NCBI GenBank assembly: GCA_951406725.2 | Contig: OX597836.1 | Coordinates: 33,604,001-33,668,000 of the forward strand | From: Octopus vulgaris | Lineage: Eukaryota | Length of the DNA: 64,000 bases | Direction of reading: 5' to 3' | Part shown: piece after piece, positions 12,911 through 25,608 of the stretch | Numbering within the stretch: the first letter of the stretch is position 1 | Layout of the letters: each line of letters begins with the position of its first letter | Notes under the pieces: generated by a model | What the model saw: only the letters and a program-made list of their open reading frames with translations | Told to the model about the DNA's origin: nothing | The model's database searches: none | Made by a program: the position numbers and the translations under genes

Positions 12911-13415
12911 GTGGAGGCGCATGGCTTAGTGGTTAGGGTGTCAACATCATGATCGTAAGAATGTAGTTTCGATTCCTGGACCGGGCGATGCGTTGTGTTC
13001 TTGAGCAAAACACTTCATGTCACGTTGCTCCAGTTCACTCAGCTGGCAAAAATGAGTAACGCTGCGATGGACTGGCGTCCCATCCAGCTGGGGAACACAT
13101 ACGCCATAGAAATCGGGAAACCAGGCCCATGAGCCTGGCTAGGCTTTAAAAGGGCACATTATTTAGTGGAAGTGCGTGGCTTAGTGGTTAGGGTGTCAGC
13201 ATCATGATCATAACATTGTGGTTTCGATTCCTGGACCGGGCGATGCATTGTGTTCTTGAGCAAAACACTTCATGTCACGTTGCTCCAGTTCACTCAGCTG
13301 GCAAAAATGAGTAACGCTGCGATGGACTGGCGTCCCATCCAGCTGGGGAACACATACGCCATTGAAACCGGGAAACCGGGCCCATGAGCCTGGCTAGGCT
13401 TTAAAAGGGCGCATT
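12911..13415 (+). mobile_element. SINE family B, subtype B1, head-to-tail dimer
   Basis: Two copies of about 250 bp: GTGGAGGCGCATGGCTTAGTGGTTAG ... GGCTAGGCTTTAAAAGGGC. Confidence 0.85.
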
Positions 13416-14046
13416 TATTTTTAATGGCGGTGCCCCAGCATGGCCACAGCTCGTGAGCTGAAACTAGATAAAATAAAATAACATAAAAAATCCCAAAAAA
13501 GGTAGGCCGACTTATACACCAAAGTGACTTTGGAGGACCAAAAAATTCCATGGGAAATGCAGCAGGATTTGGAAAGACAGTGATGGCGTTTGAGTGTTTA
13601 CACCACATGTTCACACTATATACTACATCAACTTAACTTATATGCATGAAAATATGACACTGTTGAGTGTCAAAATATAGTCACAAGTTAGTCAGTGAAG
13701 TTTTACTCGTGACCATCCTGCCTCAGTGTATTTTCCTGAAACAGGCAATGCGGCTAATGCCAGTGTCACTTAACTACCACCCATGTTAGTGGCATTGGGT
13801 CTCACAAATGACCGAGGCCTTAGGCAATATGTTGCGCTTGAGTCGAAGACCCATCAAGCCAAGTCAAGTCAGTCATAGTCATGGCAGATATTGGTGCCAT
13901 GCAACGGGCACCCGTGTCGGTGGCACGCAAAAGCACCCATTACACTCTCAGAGTGATTGGCATTAGGAAGGGTGTCCAACTGTAGAAACCATACCAATCA
14001 GCGAAACCTCAGAAGTAGTAATTAATCCAAACAAGAGGTAGACTGC

Positions 14047-14162
14047 AAATCCACGCTGCCATCTCTTCAGTTATCCGGCCATCGGAAAAATGCTTTTCCG
14101 ATGGCCGGATAACCGGCATTTTTCTGATGGCCAGATAACTGAAGAAATAGCGGCGTGGATTT
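14047..14162. repeat. Nested inverted repeat
   Basis: Perfect 20-bp inner hairpin at 14070-14113 plus a 47-bp outer inverted repeat with 5 mismatches. Confidence 0.9.
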
Positions 14163-16604
14163 CCACCTCGGCATCCGGAACTCGGAGTTTCATCATGGCT
14201 ACCGAATAATTGTCACATATATATATATATGTACATATATACACAAGAGTGGCAATGTGGTAGGTAGTTTGCTTACTAACCATATGGTTCCAGGTTCAGT
14301 CCCACTGCGTGACACCTTGGACAAGTGTCTTCTACTATAGCCTCGGGCTGACCAAAACCTTGGTAGTAGATGTGGTAGACGGAAACTGAAAGAAGCTCGT
14401 TGTGTGTGTGTTTGTGTTTGCCCCGCCCCACTACTATTGCTTGACAACTGATGTAGGTGTGTTTATGTCCCGTAACTTAGCGGTTTGGTGAAAGAGATTG
14501 ATAGGATAAGTACTAGGCTTACAAAGAATAAGTCCTGGGGTCAATTCGATCGACTAAAGGCAGTGCTCCAGCATGGCCGGAGTCAAATGACCAAAACAAA
14601 TAAAAGAACATGTATATATATATATATATGTGTGTGTATGTCTGTGTGTATACACACACAAACTAACACATACACATACTAACATGTTAATGACATCATA
14701 AGAATTTAAGGCTTGACATGTTTTTCTACAGCAAACAGGAACAAACAATATTCCTTGTATGGCAGAGACACTCATTTACAGCCACCACATGATGCCAAGA
14801 CACACACACACACACGTATGCGTATGATGGGCTTCTACACAGTAACTGTTAGCCAAAGCTAATGAAGACTTGGTCAGCCACGTGTTATAACAGAAGAAAC
14901 TTGCCCAAGGCACCACACCTCACTGTGGGATTGAACCCAAAACCCCGTGGTCGGAAAGCAAACTTCTTACCCCATAGCTATGCCTGCATGGATGCATTTT
15001 CTATCTTTCCCTTGCTTCAGTTGCCATGCTGGGTCACCACTTTGAAGAATTTTAGTAAAATAAATCAACCCCAGTATATATTTATTTTTCGTTTTAAGCC
15101 TGATAGTTAGTTTATCAATCCCTTTTGCCAAATCACTAAGTTACGAGACATAAAGACACCAAGATCAGTCAAGCTGTGGTGGTAGGGACAAACGCAGATG
15201 CAAAGACACACAACACACATATATAATCTTTTGTATTAATTATATATATAGTGTGGCTGTGTGGTAAGAAGCTTGCTTCCCAACCACATGGTTCCAGGTT
15301 CAGTCCTACTGCGTGGCACCTTGGGTAAGTGTCTACTACTATAGCCTCAAGCCGACTAAAGCCTTGTGAGTGAATTTGGTAGATGGAAACTGAAAGAAGC
15401 CCATTGTGTATATATATATGTGTATATGTATATATTTGTGTGTGTGTGTGTGTGTGTTTGTCCCCCCCCCCCCACCATCACTTGACAACCAATGTTTGTT
15501 TATGTCCTCGTAACTTAGCGGTTCAGCAAAAGTGACTGATAGAATAAGTACTGTCCTGGGGTCGATTTGTTCGACTAAAGGCAGTGCTCCAGCATGGCCA
15601 CAGTCAAATGACTGAAACAAGTAAAAGAATAAAAGAATACATACATATATATATATATATATAGATGACAGGCTTCTTTCAGTTTCCGTCTACCAAATTC
15701 ACTGACAAGGCTTTGGTCAACCCAAGACTATAATAGCAGACACTTGCCCAAGGTGCTGCCACGCAGCAGGACTGAACCTGGAAGCATGCAATTGAGAAGC
15801 AAGCTTCTTACCACACAGCCATGCCATGTACCCCTTCCAACTCCACCCCTGCACACACACACACACACACACACTGCACTGCTGCAGTGTGAAGGAAAGA
15901 AACTATGACAGAAATTTGATGAGACGTAGACAAGGTTTTATAAATAGCACACGAGGAAGGAAACCCGAATCTCAGAGAAGAAAAAGAAAGAAAAAAAAAA
16001 CGAAAATAAAGTACAAACATACATAAAAAAAAAGAGAGCGATTAACCCCACCCACCTCACCCCGTTCACTCCTTCTAACCTCTCGCCCCCCACCCACCGC
16101 CAGCCACACCCAACTCCGTCATTCTGCTTATTAGCGTTTCTCTGGTAGAGCCATTAGTGGTGGATGGTAAGACACGGAAGCTCTTAACTTTCTCTGGCAA
16201 GCTCTTTGAGGATAGTTTTTGGCTGAGGCCTCTCTCAGACAGGTCAGGATTTCTGGCGTAGACGGATTTGGAAGATGGAGAAGACAGACGGAGAGGATGA
16301 AAAGACGTAGGAAAGAAAGAAAACGGGGGGGGGGGGTGAAATGAAAGATGAAAAGACCGATGAAGGAAGAAAGAGACGCTGAAGAAAGAAACGAGAAAAA
16401 AAAAATGGAAAGAAAAGGGAAACTGGAGAGAAAGAATAGAGAAGAAAAGGAAGGAAGAATAAGAGATAAATCATTTCTAATCTAGATACAAAGCCATCAG
16501 TTTTGAGGGGAGGTGTGTGTGTGTGTGTGATACCATCGACCCCAGTTTATAACTGGTACTTTATTTTATTGAGCCTAGAATAGTGAAGGGCAAAGTTAAC
16601 TTAG

Positions 16605-17170
16605 GGAGACACATGGCTTAGTGGTTAGTGGTTGGACTCATGATTGTAAGATTGTAGTTTCAATTCCTGGACTGGGCAATAGTGGAGACACATGGCCTAG
16701 TGGTTAGGGTGTTGGAGTCATTATCGTAAGATTGTAGTTTCAATTCCTGGACTGGGCAATAGTGGAGACACATGGCTTAGTGGTTAGTAGTTGGAGTCAT
16801 GATCGTAAGATTGTAGTTTCAATTCCTGGACTGGGCAATAGTGGAGACACATGGCTTAGTGGTTAGTAGTTGGACTCATGATCGTAAGATTGTAGTTTCA
16901 ATTCCTGGACTGGGCAATAGTGGAGACACATGGCCTAGTGGTTAGGGTGTTGGACTCATGATCATAACATTGTGGTTTCGATTCCTGAACCGAGCGACGC
17001 GTTGTGTTCTTGAGCAAAACACTTCATCTCACGTTGTTCCAGTCCACTCAGCAAGCAAAAATAAGTCATCCTGCGACTGACCAGCGTCCCATCCAGGTGG
17101 GGATTACATATGCCATGGAAACCAGGAAACCAGCCCTCATGAGTCAGTATGACTCAAAAAAGGAAACTTT
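16605..17170 (+). mobile_element. SINE B1 with five tandem tRNA-like heads (79-80 bp period)
   Basis: GGAGACACATGG starts at 16605, 16684, 16764, 16843 and 16922; only the last unit continues into the SINE body. Confidence 0.88.
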
Positions 17171-17269
17171 ACCTTTACCTTAAAGTTGACTTTGACAGGG
17201 ATTGAACTCAGAATGTAAAGAACCAAGGAAATACCACAAGGCATTTTGTCTGGCACAAAACCAGTCACA

Positions 17270-17580
17270 TTAATTCCATGAGCAGGCTGTTCTACTGATT
17301 GGATCAACTTGACCATCATAACCAGCAGAGCGCCGGTTAATATGTCCGGTGGCACGTAAAAAGCACCATCCGAGCGTGGCCGTTCACCAGCCTCGTCTGG
17401 CACCTGTGTCGGTGGCACATAAAAAGCACCCACTACACTCACGGAGTGGTTGGCGTTAGGAAGGGCATCCAGCTGTAGAAACACTGCCAGATCTGACTGG
17501 CCTGGTGCAGCCTTCGGGCTTCCCAGACCCCAGTTGAACAGCATGGAAAGCGGACGTTAAACGATGATGATGATGATGAT
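17270..17580 (+). mobile_element. Retroposon family D (probable RTE-type 3' end) with (GAT)n tail
   Basis: GGTGGCACGTAAAAAGCACC repeats, GGTTGGCGTTAGGAAGGGCATCCAG, then ...GGACGTTAAACGATGATGAT. Other copies: 13890-13995, 23630-23930, 27416-27608, 38875-39010(-), 48440-48668, 50198-50380(-), 57612-57793, 60295-60440. Confidence 0.75.
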
Positions 17581-18157
17581 ATAAAGATTTCTTTATATAT
17601 TCCTCTGTTACTATCTCAAGCAATGCTTACCCTTCAAAATTATTCGACTGTGGCCATGCTGGGGCACCACCTTGAAAAGTCGAGTCCTGCATATCAACCC
17701 CAGGACTTATTTTTTAAATACTGGTACTTATTCTATTGAGCAAGCAGAACCTAAATTTGCTGCTAAAATATGGTAGGTCATCCTAAGCACCAAAACGACT
17801 TTGGAGGAGCAAAAACTCTAAGGAAAATGCAACAGGATTTGCTTATGTCTATTTGTGGGTGTGGCTTTGTGTTTGTGTTTACCCTCCACCACTACTCGAC
17901 AACTAGATTTGGTCTGGTTTACATCCTTGTAACTTAGCGGTTCAACAAAAAGAGATTGATAGAGTAAGTACCAAGCTGAAGAAAAAAAAACCCAGAAAAA
18001 AAGGTGTGACTGTGTGGTAAGAAGCTTCCTTACCAACTGCATGGTTCCGGGTTCAGTCACACCGTGTGACACCTTGGGTAAGTGTCTTCTACTATAGCCT
18101 CAGGCCGACCAAATCCTTAAGTGGATTTGATAGATGGAAACTGAAAGAAGCCCATTT

Positions 18158-18225
<68 letters not shown>

Positions 18226-18523
18226 TGTATGTGTGTGTGTCTATGATGTATTTGTTCCCCATTCGACAACTAGATTTGGTCTGGTTTACATCCTTGTAAC
18301 TTAGCGGTTCAACAAAAAGAGATTGATAGAGTAAGTACCAAGCTGAAGAAAAAAAAAACCCAGAAAAAAAGGTGTGACTGTGTGGTAAGAAGCTTCCTTA
18401 CCAACTGCATGGCTCCAGGTTCAGTCACACCGTGTGACACCTTGGGTAAGTGTCTTCTACTATAGCCTCGGGCCGACCAAATCCTTAAGCGGATTTGGTA
18501 GATGGAAACTGAAAGAAGCCTAT

Positions 18524-18556
<33 letters not shown>

Positions 18557-18867
18557 ATGTATGTATGTATGTGTATGTCTGTGATGTATTTGTTCCCCAC
18601 CATCATTGTGTGACAACTGGTGTTGGTGTGTTTATGTCCCCATAACTTAGCAGTCTTCGGGTTGAATTGTTCGACAAAAACACTTCAAAGCAGTGCTCCA
18701 GCATGGCCTCAGTCAAATGACTGAAAAGAATTAAAAAAATAAGTATTGGGGTTGATTTGTTTGACTAAAACCCTTCAGGGTGGTGCCGTAGCATGGCCAC
18801 AGTCCAATGACTGCAAGAGGTAAAAAACAAAAAAAAAACATAAAAGATAGAGAGACACACAGATGAT

Positions 18868-18960
18868 AATACAGTTCTATATTTAAGAGATGAGGAATTA
18901 TGTACATTATTTATATTTGACGGATATTTGTCCTCATCATGTTTTGTTGCTAATACATTT
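18868..18960 (-). mobile_element. Penelope-like terminal fragment, inverted relative to 19470-19605
   Basis: Reverse complement contains ATGAGGACAAATATCCGTCAAAT, homologous to about 19560-19605. Confidence 0.6.
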
Positions 18961-18971
18961 CCAGGCAGTGA

Positions 18972-19023
<52 letters not shown>

Positions 19024-19225
19024 GAGAAGAGCTTTATCGCTGTGAAAACAACATCCATTCATGAATTTATTTATTTATTAATTTTTTAAATACATATTTT
19101 ACCTGTGAATTTGCATGTGTAATCTGGGAATGCATACAATGAGCTTCTCTGCCCTAGGTGTATGGAAAACACCCATCGAGAAACGGAAGAAAATTTGATG
19201 AATGAAAGAAATAATAATAATAATT

Positions 19226-19442
19226 ATTTCTTTACTACCTACAAGGGGCTAAACAAGGACAGACAAAGGGATTAAGTCGATTACATCAACCCCAGTGCAT
19301 AACTGGTACTTGATTTATCGACACCGAAAGCATGAAAGGCAAAGTCGACCTCGGCGGAATTTGAACTCAGAACCTAACGGCAGACGAAATACGGCTACGC
19401 ATTTCGCTCGGCATGCTAACGTTTCTGCCAGTTCACCGCCTT
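19226..19442 (-). mobile_element. SINE family C
   Basis: Reverse complement of family C. Confidence 0.85.
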
Positions 19443-19469
19443 ATAATAATAATAACAACAACAACATCG

Positions 19470-19605
19470 AAAAATACCTTAGTAATGAGAACCCAGGTTC
19501 GAAATTTCCTGATGAAGGCTGGAGGGTATATTGACTGAAACGTTGTGTTAACAACCAACAACATGAGGACAAATATTGGTCAAATGTAAATAATGTAAAT
19601 AATGG
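19470..19605 (+). mobile_element. Penelope-like terminal fragment with decayed hammerhead
   Basis: CTGATGA-AGGCTG-GAGGGTATA-TTGACT-GAAACGTTGTGTT; stem II is imperfect and the 5' arm of stem I is not evident. Confidence 0.55.
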
Positions 19606-19954
19606 ACACAGATGATGATAGAATAAAGAAACAAGGGAGAGATAGGGATAGATATATAGATAGATAGACAGAGAAAGAGAGAGAAAGAGTGTATACGTAT
19701 GAGAAAAAGATGGGCATGAGCGGTAATAGCCAGACGAGGAAGAACCACAGAATGGAAAAGAAAGAAACGCAGATTTAATGAGAAGGAATATGAAGTGAAT
19801 TTGTGTGGGTGGCTATTTGAAAAAACAAGTAGTAGTTGTTCATTTTGACAGGCTTTCATTTTCATTTGAAAAATAAAAAAATAAATATATATAGTTTGAA
19901 GAATGACAAATAAAAGATAAGAAAAAATAAATAATTTATTAAAAAAAATAAACA

Positions 19955-20126
19955 AGGCACAGGAGTGGCTGTGTGGTAAGTAGCTTGTTTACCAACCACA
20001 TGGTTCTGTGTTCAGTCTCACTGCGTGACACCTTGGGCAAGTGTCTTCTACTATAGCCCCGGACCGACCAATGCCTTGTGAGTGGATTTGGTAGACGGAA
20101 ACTGAAAGAAGCCTGTCGTACATATG

Positions 20127-20180
<54 letters not shown>

Positions 20181-20383
20181 TGTGTGTCTGTGTTTGTCCC
20201 CCTAGCATCGCTTGACAACTGATGCTGGTGTGTTTATGTCCCCGTTACTTAGCGGTTCGGCAAAAGAGACCGATAGAATAAGTACTGGGCTAACAAAAGA
20301 ATAAGTCCTGGGGTCGAATTGCTCGACTAAAGGTGGCGCTCCAGCATGGCCACAGTCAAATGACTGAAACAAGTAAAAGAGTA
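19955..20383 (+). mobile_element. SINE family A (full length)
   Basis: Head, body and tail present; a second head follows at 20385. Confidence 0.9.
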
Positions 20384-20543
20384 AGGCACAGGCATGGCTG
20401 CGTGGCAGGACGTTTGCTTTCTGGCCATTTGGTTCAAGGTTCAGTCCCACTGCATGGCACCTCGGGTGAGTGTCTTCTATAATAGCCCAAGGCTGACCAA
20501 GAGTCTTGTGATTGGATTTGGGAGATGAAACTGAAAGAAGCCT

Positions 20544-20591
<48 letters not shown>

Positions 20592-21477
20592 GGAATCTGT
20601 TAGCATTTGTTTGAGGGAGCATGGCTCAGTGGTTAGAGTGTTGGGCTCACAATCATGAGGTTGTGAGTTCGATTCCAGGACGAGCTGTGTAATGTGTTCT
20701 TGAGCAAGACACTTTATTTCATGTTGCTGCAGTTCACTCATCAGTAGAAATCTGTTGCGATGCCACTGGTGCCTTTGCCTTTCCCTTGGATAACAACGGT
20801 GGAGAGAGAGAAGAGGCTGGTATGCAGGGCCACTGCTGGTCTTCCATCAACAACCTTGCCCAGACTTGTACCTCGGAGGGGAACTTTCTAGGTGCAATCA
20901 CACGGTCGTTCATGACCGAAGGGGACCTTTACCCTAGTGTTTGTGTATATGTGTGTGTCTTTGTGTTTGTGTCTGTCCCATCATCACTTGACAACTAGTG
21001 TTAGTTTGTTTAGAGTCCCTGTAACTTAGTGGATCAGCGTAAGGGAGTGATACAATAAGTATGAAGCTTAAAAACAAAACAAAAAATATCTCTAGGGTCA
21101 ATTTCTTCAACGATAACTCTTCAAGGTGATGCCCCAGTATGACCACAGTCCAATAATCAAAACAAGTAAAAAAAAAAATAATAAACAAAAGAAGCATAGA
21201 AAATAACCTTAAAAGTCAAATAAGCAGATTATATGTAATTTTAAAGCGGAAAATTAAATATAAAACATACAATTTTAAAAAGACAAAAAATATAAGATAA
21301 ATAAATATATGTACTTTTTTTAAAGTGAATGAGATCAAAATGTGAATAAAAAACACAAAAAAACGAAGAAAAATTTTGGATAAGAAAAGTTAAGTCAGAG
21401 TAAGTCTTTAGAAATAGAACAGGAAATCTGTATATACTAAAGGAAAAGATGTATGTATGTGTGTGTGTGTGTGTGTA

Positions 21478-21513
<36 letters not shown>

Positions 21514-21631
21514 TGTATGTATACATCTATGCGTATGTGTGAGTATATGTGTGTATATATATGGAGTTCTATGTATGTATGTATATATATATATGAAGTT
21601 ATATATCTGTATACATATGTATGTGTGTGTT

Positions 21632-21672
<41 letters not shown>

Positions 21673-21719
21673 AGCTCTACATCTGTATGTATGTATATGT
21701 GTATGTGTGTGAGTATATG

Positions 21720-21761
<42 letters not shown>

Positions 21762-22851
21762 GTTATATATCTGTATACATGTGTGTGTGTATATATATAT
21801 ATATATATGGAGCTCTATATCTGTATGTATGTATAAATCTATGTGTATGTGTGTGAGTATATGTATGTATATATAGATATATAAGTGCTCATAACCACAT
21901 TTATGTTTATATGTACGCATATGCCTATACGTATGCAGTTTGTGTGTGTGTGTGTCTATGCGGATATATAAATGTATATCTATATGTACGTGCGCATACA
22001 CATGTATTTATATACAAACATATATACGTACGCACATGTACTGTGTATATGTATACATAACTATATATGTATTTATATATGGATATATATATATATATGA
22101 ATATATGTGGGTGTGCATTTATATGTGTGTGTATATACATATGTATAAATATGTGTGTGTGTATTTGCTCAATGGACTTGTGATGGACAAACCATCTGTG
22201 CCACCCACTCCTCACTGCTCACCCACCACCCACCACAGTCACCTAACCAGCCCAGGGAAAATGGCTCTTTAAGAAAAAAATGTTTTGACTGAAATTTAGA
22301 GAATGTTTTATTACTATCGTAAGCACCACCCTCACCACACCCATCACCACACCCACCATTACCATCATCACCACCACCACCATCCTCCTCGCAACCATCA
22401 TCGCCGCCACCGTCCTCACCACAACCATCTTTGTCAGCACCATCATCATTAGCACCATCATCGCTGCCACCCTCATCCTTACCACCACCACCACCATAAC
22501 AAGCATTGTGTAACCCCAACCATCGTACGCACCCCACCCACCCACCCTCGCCAACCACTCTCACTATCACTGGTAGCAACCCCCACCCTGACCACAAATA
22601 ACGTCATTCCCACCGATGCCACCACCGCCACCGTTCATGCCAACATCACCACCACCACGCCTACACAACTAACCCACCACCCTCCATTACCATACCAACC
22701 ACATACATCGCCACCCTAACCTCCACCACCACCACCACTGCCAACACCACCACCACCCTCATCGTTATTACTGCAGCACAACCACTACCACATCATCACT
22801 GTATGCTCAACTTGCTAGAAATAACAGCCAAATAACAATAACAATAACATA

Positions 22852-23505
22852 GGTGGCGAGCTGGCAGAAACGTTAGCACGCCGGGCAAAATGCTTATCAG
22901 AATTTCGTCTGTCTTTACGCTCCGAGTTCAAATTCCGCCGAAGTCAACTTTGCCTTTAATCCTTTCGCGGTCGATAAATTAAGTACCAGTTACACACAGG
23001 GGTCGATGTAATCGACTTAATCCCTTTGTCTATCCTTGTTTGTCCCCTCTATGTTTAGCCTCTTGTGGGCAATAAAAAAATAAGAAACGTTACTATGCCG
23101 GGTGAAATGCTTATCAGTATTTCGTCTGCCTTTACATTCTGAGTTCAAATTCTGCCGAAGTTGACTTTACCTGTCATCCTTTCAGGGTCGATAAATTAAG
23201 TACCAGTTACACACTGGAGTCAATGTAATTCACTTAATCCCTTTGTCTGTCCTTGTTTGTTCCTTCTATGTTTAGCCCCTTGTGGGCAGTAAAAAAATAA
23301 GAAACGTTACCATGCCGGGTGAAATGCTTATCAGTATTTTGTCTGCCGTTACGTTCTGAGTTCAAATTCCGCCGAAGTCAACTTTGCCTTTAATCCTTTC
23401 AGGGTCGATAAATTAAGTACGAGTTACACACTGGGATCAATGTAATTGACTTAATACCTTTGTCTGTCCTTGTTTGTCCCCTTGTAGGCAATAAAGAAAT
23501 AAGAA
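22852..23505 (+). mobile_element. SINE family C trimer
   Basis: Three modules joined at ...AAATAAGAAACGTTA. Confidence 0.87.
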
Positions 23506-24537
23506 ATAACAGCCAAACCTCCACCAAATAACTATATACTGTCTAAAAAACTCAAGAACACATGAGACCAGTGATTCCCAACCATTTTTTTAGATCCCAT
23601 TGATTCCCATCTTACTCAATGGAACCTCAAAGCCATCCGAACATGGCCAATGCCAGCACCACCATGACTGGCTTCTGTACCGGTGGCACGTAAAAAGCAC
23701 CAACTGATTGTGGCCGCTGCCAGCCTCCCCTGGCACCTGTGCCAGTGGCATGTAAAAAGTACCCACTACACTCACAGAGTGGTTGGCATTAGGAAGGGCA
23801 TCCAGCTGTGGAAACACTTCCAGATCAGACTGGAGCCTGGTGCAGCCTTCTGGCTTCCCAGACCCCGGTCGAACCGTCCAACCCATGCTAGCATGGAAAG
23901 CGGACGTTAAAGATTGATGATGATGATGATTTTTATAATTAAATATAAGCACAGGTGTGGCTGTGTGGTAAGAATCTTGCTTCCCAACTGCAAGGCACCA
24001 GGCTCAATCCCACTTTGGGTAAGTGTCTTCCATAGTCTTTGAGCCGACCAAAGCCTTGTGAGCAGATTTGGTCGAAAGAAACTGAAAGAAGCCCATCATA
24101 GACACACACACGTGTCTGTCCATCCGTGTCTGTACCTGTCCGCCACTTGACAACTGGTGTTGGTGTGTTTACATCCCTGTAACTTAGTGGTTCAGCAAAT
24201 GAGACTGATAGTATAATTACTAGGCTTAAAAAAAGTACATCCTAAGGATGATTTATTCAACTAAAACCCTTCAAGGCAGTGCCCCAGCATGGCCACAGTC
24301 ATGAATTGAGCATAACACAAAAGATAACATATATATATATATATATTCTTTTACTTGTTTCAGTCATTTGACTGAGCCCATCCTGGAGCACCACCTTCAG
24401 TCGAGCAAAGTGACCCCAGAGCTTGTTCTTTATAAGCTTAGTACTTATTCTATCGGTCACTTTTGCCAAACCGCTTAGTTATGGAGATGTAAGCACACCA
24501 ATATCAGTTGTTAAGTGAAGGTGGGGGGACAAACGCA

Positions 24538-24574
<37 letters not shown>

Positions 24575-24629
24575 CAGGCTTCTTCCAGTTTCTGTCTACC
24601 AAATCATATATAAGAAGCCCATTGTTTAA

Positions 24630-25013
24630 AGGCTGAAGACGCTCGACCTTTATTCTCTAGAAAAACGACGACGCCGTGGTGATCTCATTCTTGCTCACAA
24701 CATCATAAGCGGAAAGTGTAACCTCTCGAAAGAGCTGTTCTTCACTCCTGCTCCAGAGTGTCGGCTGCGGGGTGATTCCGAAAAGCTCTATCTGCGATGA
24801 TTTCATCTCAATCGAAGGAGAGGGGCTTTCTCCGTCCGGGCTGCGGATCCGTGGAATAAACTGCCGGACGAGATGGTGAAGATGCCAACGACCGCTCGGT
24901 TCAAAGTCTCCCTTGACTACAAGTGGCCTGAACTCTTTACATGAACACCACCCTGTACATAACTCCATGTCCCCCTACATGGTCTTGCTTTTTGAGCCAA
25001 AAAATTAACTAAC
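24630..25013 (+). mobile_element. 5'-truncated CR1-clade LINE (ORF2 C-terminus plus 3'UTR)
   Basis: Frame from 24630 reads RLKTLDLYSLEKRRRRGDLILAHNII...RLRGDSEKLYLR*FHLNRRRGAFSVRAADPWNKLPDEMVKMPTTARFKVSLD. This has the CR1 motifs SLExRRxRGDLI and WNxLP...FKxxLD. Premature TGA at 24798, terminal stop at 24944, (TAAC)n tail. Confidence 0.88.
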
Positions 25014-25068
<55 letters not shown>

Positions 25069-25608
25069 CGATGGGCTTTTTTCAGTTTCCATCTACTAAT
25101 CCACTGACAAGGTTTTGGTAGGTCCAAGGCTATAGTAGAAGACACTTGCCCATGGTGCCACACAGTGGGACTGCACCCGGAACCATGTGGTTGGGAAGCA
25201 AGCTTCTTACCACACAGCCACTCCTGCACACACACACACACACACATATATAATTAGGAATAGTATTAAAAAAATTCTGTTGTCTCTGGGGAGGGTCATT
25301 TTCTTTTTGTGCCTTATAATTTAACACACTCACCAGTAAAATTTCCACTTATTCCTTATTTTTTATTTTCCCCAGACACAACAGAATATGCTTCAACACA
25401 CAAACTCACATAAAGAATCTTGCAAACCAAATCCCAAAACGAAACATTAAAAAAATTGTTAAAATATTTTGTGCATAGTATAAGTGCAACCAATTTTTTG
25501 CACATAAATTTTGATAAAATATATCGTATATGGACCCCACCCCCAGGGTCATTCAAACCCTGGCTGAGAACTGCTGCATTTGATCATGCAATCAGTCCTA
25601 GATTTACA

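Larger units (their letters stand above)
10846..13680 (+). repeat. Degenerate tandem array (about 5 units of about 260 bp), each containing a TA-type MITE-like core; interrupted by insertions
   Basis: Recurring GACTTTGGAGGACCAAAA...CCATGTGAAATGCAACAGGATTTGGAAAGA. Unit ends resemble TIRs (TACCATATTTCCAGGCATACAAG ... CTTGCATGTCAAAAAGTATGGCA). Confidence 0.75.

Noticed and set aside
16605-17000. CRISPR-like or tRNA-gene array appearance
   Set aside because: There are no unique spacers and the context is eukaryotic; the units are SINE heads without a proper acceptor stem.
22169-22800. Gly/Asp-rich or Thr/Pro-rich ORFs (also 40414-41017 and 52689-53165)
   Set aside because: These are (CAC)/(CAT)/(GGT) low-complexity tracts with no splice or domain support.
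23569-25576. Possible large hAT element (CAGTGATTCCCAACC ... GGCTGAGAACTGCTG) inflated by nested inserts
   Set aside because: The TIRs are degenerate and the 8-bp flanks match poorly (CATGAGAC versus CATTTGAT); not supportable.
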